Source: Octopus sinensis (lineage: Eukaryota). Taken from it: a DNA stretch of 64,000 bases. Where the stretch lies: assembly GCF_006345805.1 (NCBI RefSeq), contig NC_043001.1, positions 5,208,001 through 5,272,000 on the forward strand. The letters run 5' to 3'. The position numbers and the translations under genes are program-made. Below the pieces are notes generated by a model that did no database searches, had not been told where the DNA came from, and saw only the letters and a list, made by a program, of their open reading frames with translations. Every line of letters begins with the position of its first letter. The first letter of the stretch is position 1. Positions 42,230 to 56,278 of the stretch are shown one piece after another.

Positions 42230-43145
42230 CGGAATTTCTCATTGTCACTGAGTTCTCTATTGAGGTGTACTGCAATCTTTGTGCGCCGACACATAAGAAC
42301 TTTGCTCTCTCTGCGAATCTTGTTTTATGTGCAGTGACCCTCCTCTCTGGGACAAAGTTCTAGCATATGGCTTACGTTATGGATATGAAAGCTTTTAATT
42401 TCATATCTATCGCAGGTGTAGGGAGACATTGGGACAAGTCCTGTTTAGTGATCTCTTCTTCAATTGATTCCAGTCTGCTTTGTGGTAATTCGGATGGGAT
42501 AGTTTATGGGTGCTTCTCCTAGACTGCATGTCTGTGGGTTCTTTTGGTCCATACATGTTCAGTTCTGTTATAGTGTGATCCGAGACTATTGTCGGTATCA
42601 GTTTCATATTATGGTTGAGATCTTCATTGTTTGTGAATCAGCTGTGAAGTATTTTGTTTACCCTGCTTGGTTGAAGTATTATTTGTTCAATGTATAACAT
42701 TTCGGTAGGGCTGAGCATGGATTCCACCTGACTGTACTCACATCGCGTCATTCCTGAGAAGAAAAGGCCTTCAAGCCACTACACATTGCGCAGGTTGAAG
42801 TTTCCCATTAGAATTACATTCATGGGATCTTTTATTTTGTTCAAGACATCTTCTATCCTTGCAGAGCAGCTTTCCAACGGCCCCATGGGATTTGGGGAAT
42901 CTGGTGGGCGATATGTAATAATTATGACGATGTCAGGATTATCTTCTAACACAAATAGTTTCTTAAACACTGAGTTTGAGTTTGACAAAAGCACCCGGGG
43001 TGTGAGACCTTTCACGGATGTACATTGAAACTCCGGCATAACTTCTGTTGTTTTTTCTAACGCACCGCAATACCACATTATGTGGTATGTGTATTTGTCG
43101 AACTGCTATGTCGGGTTTTAGGTGTGTTTCTGTGAATGTTATACA
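42230..43145 (-). mobile_element. CR1-like LINE ORF2 fragment: apurinic endonuclease domain and linker, degenerate
   Basis: ITFTETHL, IITYRPPD, VILMGNFNL and IVSDHTI match APE motifs (ET.L, YRPP, GDFN, SDH). Confidence 0.8.
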
Positions 43146-43610
43146 TAGGCGCAGGAGTGGCTGTGTGGTAAGTAGCTTGCTAACCAATCACATGGTTCCG
43201 GGTTCAGTCCCACTGCGTGGCATCTTGGGCAAGTGTCTTCTGCTATAGCCCCGAGCCGACCAATGCCTTGTGAGTGGATTTGGAAAATGAAAGAAGCCCA
43301 TCGTATATATGTATATATATATATACATATATATATGTATATATAAGTATATATATATATATATATATGTATATATAAGTGTGTGTGTATATGTTTGTGT
43401 GTCTGTGTTTGTCCCCCTAGCATTGCTTGACAACCGATGCTGGTGTGTTTACGTCCCCGTCACCTAGCGGTTCGGCAAAAGAGACCGATAGAATAAGTAC
43501 TGGGCTTACAAAGAATAAGTCCCGGGGTCGATCTGCTCGACTAAAGGCGGTGCTGCAGCATGGCCGCAGTCAAATGACTGAAACAAGTAAAAGAATAAAG
43601 AGTAAAGAGA
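43146..43610 (+). mobile_element. tRNA-derived SINE family A, young full-length copy with internal (TA)n
   Basis: caggagtggctgtgtggtaagtagc...ggttcagtcc; highly similar to 58974-59380. Confidence 0.92.
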
Positions 43611-43908
43611 GTAAGTCTTGATTGAATTCCAGTAGATCTCTGAGGAAGGCAAATTTTGTTCTGTTACTAATTTGTAACTATCCTCTTACGTTCGTGAAGT
43701 ACACTGGAGTGTCCTTTTACTGATACCGGTGGTGACCACACTGGATCCATTGGGTGTGTATATGATATATATATATACAAAGATAGATAGGTAGATATAT
43801 TGATAGACTGAGAGAGAGAGAGAGATGTGTGTGCATAATATATATACACATATAGATATTTATGTACACACACGATGATGATGATGAACGAACACATACA
43901 CACACATA

Positions 43909-43950
<42 letters not shown>

Positions 43951-44524
43951 AACACACACACGTATATATAATACATACAGAATGAGCGAGAGTGAAAGAG
44001 AGAGAGGGAAAGAGGTAGAGAGAGGGGGGAGAGCTGCTTGTGTGTATGTATATGAACGTGTTATTTTTGTGTGTCTAATATCTATATTCCAAAATACAAT
44101 TTTTTATGTCAATCTTAGCAATTCATTTATCTTTTGAACATTTCAATCTGCAGAAGAGTCCCAAAAGACCATTCGGTTCTTTATGGCAATATCTCTAATA
44201 TATAAACATGCGTGTTTACCAATCGGTGCACCATATTACAACACATTCATATCAAAGAGAACACTCTAAGTGGAAACATTTATCGATTCAAAACACAGAT
44301 ATAAGAAAACGTTTGACACCTTTTAAAACGCAACTAGAATACAAATTGCTCGATATATCTAGATTCATGTTGTTAACAAAGATATTCTAAAGGTAAGTAT
44401 ACGTTTTGATGGGCGAACTAACGAATGGCATATGTGTACATTTTGAGTTTTTTTTTTTATATATGGGGATAAATTTTATATGAACATGCAAGCGCACTTT
44501 GACAAAATGATATATACTCACACA

Positions 44525-44547
44525 AAGCATACATTCATACAGGTATA

Positions 44548-44592
<45 letters not shown>

Positions 44593-44743
44593 ATACATTT
44601 ATATAAAATATATATATTGTATACACGTATATTTGTACGCATATATACGAACATATATATATATTATTTAAGTATATATATATAATATTTATATACGTGT
44701 ATATATATATATACACATATATATATATACACACACACACTAT

Positions 44744-44800
<57 letters not shown>
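44525..44800. repeat. (TA)n-rich microsatellite cluster
   Basis: Direct inspection. Confidence 0.9.
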
Positions 44801-44802
<2 letters not shown>

Positions 44803-45094
44803 AAATATTTATATATTTATATAATATTCATATGTGTGTATATATATTATAGTGATATATGTGTGTGAAGGAAAGAAAAAAAGAAAGAAAAGTCTATAAA
44901 TTGCGATAACAATCAATACTGCAACATAGAAGCTGCTGTTTATTAAGCGTCCGTCACATCCCCCTATCGGCATTTACCTCACGAGCTCCACTCACCACCT
45001 CTCTCATATCGCCATCTTCTCTCTTTTAATATGTTGTCTTGTGTCAATCTACTCACAATCCTATCTCTACCACGACGCCTACAAGTACAGTATC

Positions 45095-45206
45095 TACAAC
45101 TACGACTACTACTACCACAACCACAACTACTACTACTATTACTACTAGTAACACCACCACCACTAATTCTAATATTACTACCACTACCAGCACCACAACT
45201 ACTATC

Positions 45207-45260
<54 letters not shown>

Positions 45261-45287
45261 GATGATGATGAAGATGATGATGGTGAC

Positions 45288-45347
<60 letters not shown>

Positions 45348-45488
45348 GATGATGGTGATGATGACGATGATGATGGTGGTGGTGGTGGTGATGATAATGA
45401 TGATGATGATGATGATGATGTTGATGATGATCATGATGATGATGATGATGATGATGGTGATGGTGGTGATGATGATGTTGATGATGAC

Positions 45489-45519
<31 letters not shown>

Positions 45520-45640
45520 CTGCTGGTGGTGGTGGTGATGATGATGATGCTGGTGGTGGTGGTGGTGATGATGTTGATGGTGGTGATGATGATGATGATG
45601 ATGACGATGTTGATGATGATGATGTTGATGTTGATGATGC
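45095..45640. repeat. (ACT/ACC)n followed by a ~430-bp (GAT)n array with GGT/GTT/GCT variants
   Basis: Direct inspection. Confidence 0.95.
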
Positions 45641-45994
45641 CGGTTTGTAGTCGCTACGTCTGTTGCTGTAACATCTGCTGCTCTTCTATCTGCAGCGTTT
45701 GTCATCTGCACAAAATTAAGAGAAAACGTTAAGCAAGCGATAACAGAAATATCTTACTCAGCATCTTAATTTTTGTGCAGAGTTTTCATTAGGAGAAGAA
45801 GAATGGGATTGTATTGCCGCCTTCAGATTTACGAAACTCATTAACTACAGCAATTATCAAATTGTAGATGTTATTACGAAATACCTCTACAAATTCACAA
45901 TGTTTTACATGAAGAATTTTTCATATTTACACTGCCTCGTATCCGATGAGGGATTAGACTTAAATCTATGAGGTATATTACACTGTTAAATTAA

Positions 45995-46415
45995 TGAATG
46001 CATAATACATAATACATTGCCAGGACCTTAACATTAGCTTCAAGGTTCATCCAAGACTGCGACCATGGGCCATACGTCCCCTGCCCAATTCAAGATCACA
46101 GCATACATGTACACTGCAACATAATTTCTTTTCCTCAACAGGCCCTGCCCTATTTAACATTGTCCCGAGGGAGATCAAAGAGGAAAAGGATCCCATCAAC
46201 TTTAAACGGAGTCTGGATAGATTCCTTCAAAGAATACCAGATAAGCCACCCATAATTGGATACAACTCACCCAACAAGAACTCACTACTTGAATGGACCA
46301 TAAACAAATCTTCACTTAAACAGGATTCGAATAATCCTATCAGGTGGTGCTATTAAGTTAGACATGGCCTGGACCAATCTTTGGTCGAAACATATCTAAG
46401 TTTTATCTAAGTTTT
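45995..46415 (+). mobile_element. CR1-like LINE 3' end
   Basis: ...HNFFSSTGPALFNIVPREIKEEKDPINFKRSLDRFLQRIPDKP...NKNSLLEWT, followed by a 3' UTR and a tandem (tatctaagttt)2 tail. Confidence 0.8.
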
Positions 46416-47224
46416 ACATGCACAAATTCCATTTTTATGAAATCTTAAAACAAACAGTTTTCTTTATTACATTATGAGAATGTGTTTAGATGTTTGAATG
46501 TTTCAATAAGATTTACTCAAAATGCCACGTACTCATCATATGACACTCTCACCTTCACTCTCTCTCACTTTCTCTCCCTCTCTCTTTCTATTTACATATG
46601 TATATTTGTATATACACACACACATACGTACACGCACACATATATCTGTCAAATGTTGATCCTTTCATAAGCAGATTAATCAGCTGTATACGAAGATTAA
46701 TAATGCGAAATATCCTTACATTACAGTATTCTGTTCGAAAATGTGTATAATACGTGCTAAACGTAGGCTTAAAATGTATTGCTGTTTGAACTCTCTCCTT
46801 TACTATTTATAAATCATAAATATCTGTTGACATTTCAATATTAATGCCACAATAATCTGAAGATTACAAATACTGTCAAATGTTTGTTCCTCTAATTCCA
46901 AATTGACCAAATCATCGTTCATTTATTGAGCCTTTGGTCATTGGACAATGGAAATGCTGTGAAACAAAAATGTCACCATCAGATTTAAATATCGCTTCCC
47001 ATATTGCAGGTTACACTAATGAGACGTACTACGGAAACCCATAGAAAATCTTTGGTCATTTTGAAAATTCTAGGATGAAATCTGGAATTTTCTGAAAATT
47101 GGCTTCGTGAGAAGTAAAGTTACACATAGGCCACATTAGAGGAGCAATCAGGTTTAATCAGTCATCACTCAATCATTCGATCAATCAATCACTTTATCTA
47201 TCCATATATGTATCAGTCTGTTTG

Positions 47225-47314
47225 GTTATCTATCTATCTATCTAACTACACACCCATATCACTCACTCTCTCTCGCTATCTATCTATCTAGCTAACCAGC
47301 TATCTGCCTGTTTG

Positions 47315-47410
<96 letters not shown>

Positions 47411-47695
47411 ACTATCTAACTATCTACCTATAGCTATCTCTCAACCTTATCTTTAAATCTATCTATCTATCTATCGATCTAATTATCCATTTATCTACCT
47501 ATCTATCTATATATATCTATCTATCTACCTATCTATCTGTCGATCTAGTTATCTATCTATCTATCTATTTGCTTGTCTGTCTAACTATCTATATATCTAT
47601 ATATATATGTCTATCTGTACGTCACTCTATCTATCGATCTAGTTTTCTATCTGTCTATCTATTTCCCTACCTACCTATCTATCTATTTATCTTTC
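47225..47695. repeat. (TATC)n / GATA-type microsatellite
   Basis: Direct inspection. Confidence 0.95.
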
Positions 47696-48152
47696 GACAT
47701 TCATCTAAAATATGTTTCTTTGCTTCTGTCAGTTTACCTTGATTTCCTTAAACAATTTAGAAAGGGGGCATGGAAAACAAATTTAGATGCAATTAGTGCA
47801 CTCTAGACGGAAACGGAAAACTGCGACTAAACATGTGTATCAGTTACGTGTTTTATTATTTTGCAAAATATCGTGGAATCAGAAGTTCTAAAATTACACT
47901 CCCAAGTCAATAAAGTTCTCGATATTTGATTATTCTGGTACCGAGAAAACTATTTCCAGTTCATGGACGGCCATCTATTAAAGTACACGTGTGACACTAC
48001 ATAAGTAGAAAAGTTGTGTCAGATTTCAGATTTCAACAAGACGATTTACAATTTTTTTCATGTATTTTCAGCAAACGCGCTGTGGCCATGCTGGGGCACC
48101 GTCATTTCGTGCTGTGACATAATTTTACTTCACGAATGCTTTTGAGGAATTG

Positions 48153-48671
48153 ACCAATTTTAGGGGTGTACAGATATTCTTCGTATAGCGTTATAAGATT
48201 TTTTTCATTTTGAACCGCTGAAGGAAGCACTCTTCTTCTACATTCTTATATTTCCACGATGTATAACAAATACGAGTAAGGTTTTGCATTAAAAGTTTAC
48301 AGTTTGGATAAACATTCATTTACTTATACAGCCATTTGACAGCAACCATGCTTGAAAACATGTAGTCGAAGAAATTGACCACAGGACTTATTCTCTCGCT
48401 CTCTTTTGCCGAACTGCAATGCTACGGCTATGTTCACACACCAATTTTGTACAAAATACTGTTTAGTTCTTTCAACCTATTTGGGGTTGGGCCCGGTTTC
48501 GCATTGCTCATGAAGCTCAGATTTGAAAAGGACAAGTTGCTAGAGAAAATAAAATATTGCAGGGGGAGATAAGCGTACACTCATCTATTTTGCAGTAGAG
48601 GGGAGGTAAGTCTGTAATTTTTATTTTATTGTATGTTTGTTTCCCCACTAAAACATTTTCTACGTCATATA

Positions 48672-48735
<64 letters not shown>

Positions 48736-49318
48736 GTGTTTGTATGTATGTATGTATGTATGTATGTGTGTATGTATGTATGTATATACGTATATATGGA
48801 ATCAGAAGATTTCTTTCAATGAGATACTTAATTAGAGGCACGAAGTCTGTTCAGTATTGTTCGTACAGCTCAGCTGTATAAAACGCTACTTCGCTAACAA
48901 TGATGTCCAGTTGTAAGTACATTATGGCCATTGCACACGGTTCCATTTAGTCGATCAATGCAAATATTAAATAAAATTGAAGTAAACCGCCCCTCTCGTA
49001 TGAGTGTGTCCTAGTAGGGAATACAATACATGGTTTTCTTTTGCTATTATTGCATCTGAATGATTTTAAGGACAAATGCCTAAAGCGTACTAGGAAGAAG
49101 AGTGGCAGAAGAAACTAACGGTGGTCAATAACGAGATACAGCTACATTCATGTTTATCCGTATCATACGCAAAAGACCCAATGCAGCAAGCAGTCTACAT
49201 CCCTTTAGAATCAAAACAACTGAGAATTGACAGTTAAGTTCTTGTTGGTGGTGATAAATTAATTAATGCCAGGCGTTCGTCTCTACTTCTAATTCACTAT
49301 GACCATAAAATCAGCCAT
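48153..49318 (+). repeat. Left arm of a long inverted duplication
   Basis: Collinear reverse-complement match to 50200-51399, e.g. 48843 gaagtctgttcagtattgttcgtacagctcagctg vs 50596 cagctgagctgtacgaacaatactgaacagacttc. Confidence 0.95.
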
Positions 49319-50199
49319 ACCTATAAAAAAGGAGTATGTCTGAGAAGAGGCTAGTAAGATAACGATATAAAGGCGAGGTGATAACGAGAAAGGGGAGGGT
49401 ACACGGGTGGCTAAACGTATTATGATTATCAACTAAAAGTGTTTGAAAATGGAAACTATTCACATCTAATCGCTTGAATTAGGAAGTTGCGTGGGGGATG
49501 TGCATCCAAACTTAGCAATATATTAAAATTTAGAAAAGGATTTACGGAACCAGTAAGAAAAGATTGAAACATTCTAAGCCATAGGATTAGGATATAAAAA
49601 CAAACAACATAATGCATATTTCTACCATAATGTTAAGGTGGCGTTTCTGATACAATTATAGCGAAAGAAGCAACGAATTGCAATTATAATGGTGTATCAT
49701 GAATCTTGGAAAACTGTATGGTCCGGGGACAGCGATTTATTGCAAATCGATTAAAGAGAGCCACTTGAAACAGCCGTAATGCACTGATACCAGCACATAC
49801 TATTTACTTATTTCCTATATATCTATTGGAAATGTTACTTTCACTTTCCGTCTACCAATTCCAGTCACAAGCTATTGGTGGATCCAAGGCAATAGCAGAA
49901 AAAGACTTCCACTGATACCAAGCAGTAGGGTGGGACCCGAAAACATATATATATATAAAATACAGTGTACATTTAAACACATAAATAATCCACGCGTGGG
50001 ATTCAATACGCTAGAAAGACCAGCCAGATTCTGTAACCAGAAAATTTGGGATAGAATCCGACAGGAACATAATGAAAAAATAAATTCATTTTACCATCTA
50101 GTTTACTACAGGAATTGGTTTCTGATTTTAGTCTTTGAACGAAATTTTTACCGGCTAAGCCATTCGAAGTGCAAATTTCTATTAATTTACCTCCGATTT

Positions 50200-50693
50200 T
50201 ATGGCTGATTTTATGGTCATAGTGAAATATAAGTAGAGACGAACGCCTGGCATTAATTAATTTATCACCACCAACAAGAACTTGCTGCATTGGGTCTTTT
50301 GCTTATGATACGGATAAACATGAATGTAGCTGTACCTCTTTATTGACCACCGTTAGTTTCTTCTGCCACTCTTCTTCCTAGTAGGCTTTAGGTAATTTTC
50401 CTTAAAATCATTTTGATGCAATAAGAGCAAAAGAAAACCATGTATTGTAGTCCCTACTAGGACACATTCATCCGAGGGGAGCGGTTTACTTCAATTTTAT
50501 TTAATGTTTGCATTGATCGACTAAATGGTACCGTGTGCAATGGCCATAATGTACTTACAACTGGACATCATTTTTAGTTAATTAGACTTTTATTCAGCTG
50601 AGCTGTACGAACAATACTGAACAGACTTCGTGCCTCTAATTAAGTATCTAATTGAAAGAAATCTTCTGATTTCATATATATGTATATACATAC

Positions 50694-50781
<88 letters not shown>

Positions 50782-50821
50782 TGTGTGTGTGTGTGTGTGT
50801 GTGTGTGTTGTGTGTGTGTGT

Positions 50822-50870
<49 letters not shown>

Positions 50871-51399
50871 TGTGTGTGTGAGGTAGAAAATATTTAAATT
50901 TGGAATCAAACGTACAATAAAGTAAAAATTACAGATTTACATCCCCTTTACTGCAAAATAGATGAACCTACGATTATCTCCCCCTGCATTTTTTTGTTTT
51001 TTTTCAATAGCAATTTGTCTTTCTCATATCGCAGCTTCATCAGCGATGCGAAACCCGGGTCTTACGCAGATTAGGTTGAAAGAACTAAACTGTATTTTGT
51101 ACAAAATTGGTGTGTGAACATAGCCGTAGCATTGCAGTTCGGCAAAAGAGAGCGAGAGAATAAGTCCTGTGGTCAATTGATTCGACTATAGATCTTTCAA
51201 GCATGGTTGCTGTCAAATGACTGTATAAGTAAATGAATGCGTATCCAAACTGTAAACTTTTAATGCAAAACCTTACTCATATTTGTTATACATCGTGGAA
51301 ATATAAGAATGTAGAAGAAGAGTTCTTCCTTCAGCGGTTCAAAATGAAATAAATCTTATAACACTATACGAAGAAAATATGTCCAACACTAAAATTGGT
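50200..51399 (-). repeat. Right arm of a long inverted duplication
   Basis: See left arm; the match continues on both sides of the internal microsatellite. Confidence 0.95.
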
Positions 51400-52559
51400 T
51401 GATGCTCAAATCTATGTGATCTAACAGTGCCAAAAATTGATAACATTGACTGATTTTATCTGTAATTAGTTTAAAGAAATTTCAAAAATATTAAGTCTGA
51501 TGTCATCGGTAGGTCAGTGTAATAACACCGCACAACTAATACAATCATTCTTTGCTTTTCTTAGTTTTCATGTTCACGTAACGTGTCATGTTTAGTCTTC
51601 ATCGAAGTTCTGTTGGATATAACAGTTCTGTTGGATATAATAACAATACAATTTTGTTAATTGTATTTCATCATTGTGTGCCATAAAAAATAATCAAAAT
51701 ATGTTCTCCGTATCAGACCTGAAAATCACAAAAATTCATTGGCTTAGAAACAGTTGATTGAGGATCGACGACTTAGTGTCTTGCATGAAGGAAGTCTTAC
51801 GACTACCAACCTACAAACCAAAATACCGCGAATAAACTTCATCTTTGTTTTGTGCGCCATTGGTGACACAATATGCCCTGTGATTATTGCATATTCACTA
51901 AAGGTAACGCATGCAGGTCTCTTTGCATTGTGTACCAGTCCAATGTTAGCAAGAAAATCCTGAAGTGCTATGAACAAATTATGAGTTTTAAACAGTAACT
52001 AATTTTCGGGGCAATGAATTTATTTAACTTTTCTAAACTCAGTAAAATAGTTGCATTGATGACATTCATGATTACTTAACTGTCATTGTGACGCATTTGT
52101 CTTCAGTTGACTGGGCTTTTGTCCAAGGGAAGTCGTTCTCTTACCATTACAAAGGGAAATGGACCTAGGGCGCTGCTTAATGTGGAGATAACAAAGGTCA
52201 GATTCCATTAGAATCAACTGGACCAGAATTTACAACCATTTGTCAAATGAAACCTGTTTCTAGAAATCATAAAAACCTAACATATACTATATTTGATCTA
52301 CAATCGAGTTTCGTGGATGGAGTAGACACATCGGTAAAATGTTTCCCTTGTCACCATATTTCATTTAACTATAGTACTAATGTCGCTTCGAGCAAGAGTT
52401 TAGTGGAAGGGACATAATTCTGTAATAATTTGCGAAAATGTAACTCTCAATGTTTGAAAACGAGACACACAGAACCAGAATGAATCTCTCAATATAAAAA
52501 TACATGTTGAACCGCGCCTATGTAAATTTTCAAATCTGTTGACCACGCATTTGCTGACC

Positions 52560-52827
52560 AACACACACAGATACACACACACACACACACACCTCCATAC
52601 ACATACACAAGCATGCATGCACACACACATACAGGAATGTATGAATGTATGTATGTATTTATGTATGTGTGTGTCTATGTGATGCATTTCTGTATGCACG
52701 CATAAAACATATTCATGCATGTGTCTAAATATATGTGTATATACCTATATATCCATCTGTCTGTCTCCATTTATACACACACACACACACACACACTCAC
52801 ACACAGAAACACACACATATACCTATG

Positions 52828-52859
<32 letters not shown>

Positions 52860-52940
52860 TGTATGTATGTATGTATGTATGTATGTATGTATGAATGTAT
52901 GTACGTACGTATGTATGTGTGTATGTATGTAAGTATGTAT
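52560..52940. repeat. (CA)n/(TATG)n microsatellites
   Basis: Direct inspection. Confidence 0.9.
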
Positions 52941-54652
52941 GAATGTTTTTTTAATAATTATTCTTTGAGCTGTTCCAGTCAATGGCCTGCGGCTATTCCG
53001 GGGCATTGCACTAACCACTTTTGTGTATTTGTGTGTGTGTGTGTGTGTGCAAACAGATACATACACACAGCATAAGATAGATGTATCCACACATAAGCTT
53101 ATGTATTAATGACATTTCTTCTAATTCATTGGCTTCGCCATTCCCACAAAAATGGATCGATCATGCTAAGCAGAATATGGTGTATTATTGGACAGGTTTC
53201 ATCCATTCTAAATCATTAATGTTGCTAATGATAATTCCAGGGGTATTAGTTGAAAGATGTATCATTTTAATTAGTATTTACAGAAACAAAATAAATCTGA
53301 TTTTACGCTATCTCCTCCTGCCAGACATATCTCTCTGCAACTTAAAAGAGAAAACTCACCGCTAACTTTGGACACTGATGAAACTTTGATCATAATTCTG
53401 CCCTTGTTAGAACGAAAATGACTTTAAACTCGAGTCTCTATATGTATATAGTATCGTATATTATATTGCGTCGATAGCCCTGAGCCAGAATATTCAGAAA
53501 AAGAGTGTTTAAAGAATGACATATATCTATATATAGACTATAGAACTTTATCCTGTTTTTATGGAAATGCATTTCCTACAGAACAGTTACCAATATTTAT
53601 GACGTAAATGTTGTTCATATTCAAGTTCAATGGCATAGATTTAGATATCGAAAACTACAGAAAGTAAATTCAATTTCTCATACATTACATTCAATGCTAT
53701 CAAATTGTTGTTACGAAATTATTGTATGTTGAGTGAAATACAATTATACAACTTGTTTATATTGTTATCTATCCATGATTACAAATCTCTTATTTGCTTG
53801 ATCAGTTACAAAAGGGGGGATAAAATGTATTTAAAATATATATAAGATAAATGATGAACTATGTACATACAATTTTTCGCACTCATATCAGGTAAACTGG
53901 AAACTGTGCAATGCTGACCTATGTTTTAGTGCCTTTGTATATTACTTGATTAATTCAAAGAAAACTGCAGATATGAAACACTGGAATGATAAAGAAATTT
54001 AGAAATGTATGCTTATAACTATAATTCGTGGATAAGAAGATAACACATTTATCTTAGCGGGTGTCAAATAACGCATGAGATATGTTCGTGAGATTTGCTT
54101 TTCTGTTTACCAATATTTACGTTAACATATGTATTAGTATTACTTATATTCAGACACACATATACACACAGTCGTACAAAGAGCCATATATTGAGATAGG
54201 CATAAACAATCTTTTAGTCAGTCGAGAAAATCGTAATATCAATGTAGACATGTCTTCCTTTATAGAAGCATAGGTGCTATCAAAATGGAATCTCTAATAA
54301 CTGGTTGATTCAGTATGTATGTGATTGTACACGACATAACTTTATTGACATTGCTACAAATATATTTGCCAATTTTCACCGTTAAAGCTTGTAAATCCTT
54401 TGGGTGCTGAGGGTAATAAAACGCATCAATAATGGTTTAATGTGCGACTAAAGTGCGAAAGCTGCGAAATAGACAACGATTCTGAAACTGGAACACAATT
54501 ATGTTTTAATATAAATTATGCTAAAGGCAATGGGGATGAAAATGCTAGTCGAAGTTCAGCGAATATACACTCGCGCGTGTTTGTGTAAGAGAGAGAGAGA
54601 GAGAGGGGGGCGTGCGCGTGCGTGTGAGCAAGAAAGTGACAGAGTGAGTGAG

Positions 54653-54688
<36 letters not shown>

Positions 54689-55631
54689 GGAATTGCGTGA
54701 GTAGTATAACTCTTGTTAGCAATACAATTGAATCGTGCATAAATCTGGTGACAAATTTTCCGGTGCCAAAGCATTCTTCCTAAATTCTAAACCGAAAAGT
54801 ATGTTTCTCAGCATTATAACCTACCTATACTAAGGCCTAAGCCGAAGCTCAAGAATTTGGTTGCTGCATTCATTTCTACACAGAAGTGGCCATTTTAAGC
54901 GTTTAAAATATTTTAAATTCCATATAAATTATATACTTAACTACCAATGCTGAATTGAGTGTACAAATAACTAAGAACCTAAGTCAAATTCCTTTATTCC
55001 TGGTTAAAATGGTGTGTGAGAGAATCTTCAAATATCCTGCTGCGTTTAGAATTTTCTACAGAAAACACATGGTGTGCATCGCTGAAAATATAATGGTGCC
55101 GAGAAGCTGCAATACAGCGATATATGCATCAACGTTTGGAAGGCAATTTTACAATCTGCTTAAGTTCACTAGCGCTATGTCAATGGCCGTGCAAAGTATG
55201 ATAGGTTTTCTAGACATACGCTCTAATTTCTTTGTTGCGTGATTTACAGAAGGTTTATAATGAGAATAAAAGGAACAAACAACTATTCGCCATCAATTTT
55301 GAAGCTGTATAAACGTTATAGAACTTCACTTACATGTTTTTCGCATCAACGTTTCCAAGAATTTATCAAAGGGGAAATATGTTTACCTGACTAAACTATA
55401 CTACATGACGAAGCATTGAAGAATTCCTCTTGTTTTATCCAATATCTTTTCCTACTGTGTACGTCTTCACAAATAGATTCCCACGGCTCGGTGCATTTTC
55501 TTAGTAGCCTCCATCAGCATTTCCTTTTAATTCAACACAAAATTTAAAAGAATAATTAAATTAACTTTACCCATTTTCGTTATATTAATGTGCCAGTCGT
55601 TAAATATAAGTTAAAACATATGGAATACATT

Positions 55632-55848
55632 CTTTTCTACTCTAGGCACAAGGCCCGAAATTTTGAAGAAGGAGGCCATTCGATTGGATCGACCCCAGTA
55701 AGCAACTGGTACTTAATGTATCAACCCCGAAAGGATGAAAAGCAAAGTCGAATTCGGCGGAATTTGAACTCAAACCGTAACGACAGATGAAATACTGGTA
55801 AACATTGCGCCCGTCATGCTAATGTCTCGGCCAGCACGCCGCCTTAAC
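55632..55848 (-). mobile_element. SINE family C copy
   Basis: ctaggcacaaggcccgaaattt...gcaaagtcgaattcggcggaatttgaactc...cgccgcctt. Confidence 0.85.
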
Positions 55849-56069
55849 ATAGCTGAATATATAAGTGTGTAATATTTAATTAATTAATTAACGGCAAAAT
55901 ATGGATTATTGATATGGGTACATTTTGAATTTACATATCCTAAGGTGAGTTAAGCATATCATTTTCTTTAGAACCTTTGCACTTGAAACACTCTTAGATA
56001 CGCCGATTTATAGATATGAAATGAAACGAAATGGCTATTTATTTCTAATTTTCTTTGAATAATCCTTTC

Positions 56070-56278
56070 TAATAAAGGCACAAGGCCTTGAAACTTTGGG
56101 TGAAGGAACTAGTCGATTGCACCGACCCCAATATTTCACTGGTAATTAATTTATCGACCCCGAAATGAGGAATGGCAAAGTCGACCTCAGCGTAATTTGA
56201 ACTTAGAACGTAGCCACAGACGAAATACCGTTAAGCATTTCGCTCTACGCACTAACGATGCTTCCAACTCGCCGTCCT
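56070..56278 (-). mobile_element. SINE family C copy
   Basis: aggcacaaggcc...ggcaaagtcgacctcagcgtaatttgaac...aactcgccgtcct. Confidence 0.85.

Noticed and set aside
42230-46415. Idea that the CR1-like endonuclease piece (-) and CR1-like 3' end (+) are one inverted element
   Set aside because: Separated by ~2.8 kb of unrelated sequence; no shared TSD or RT core visible
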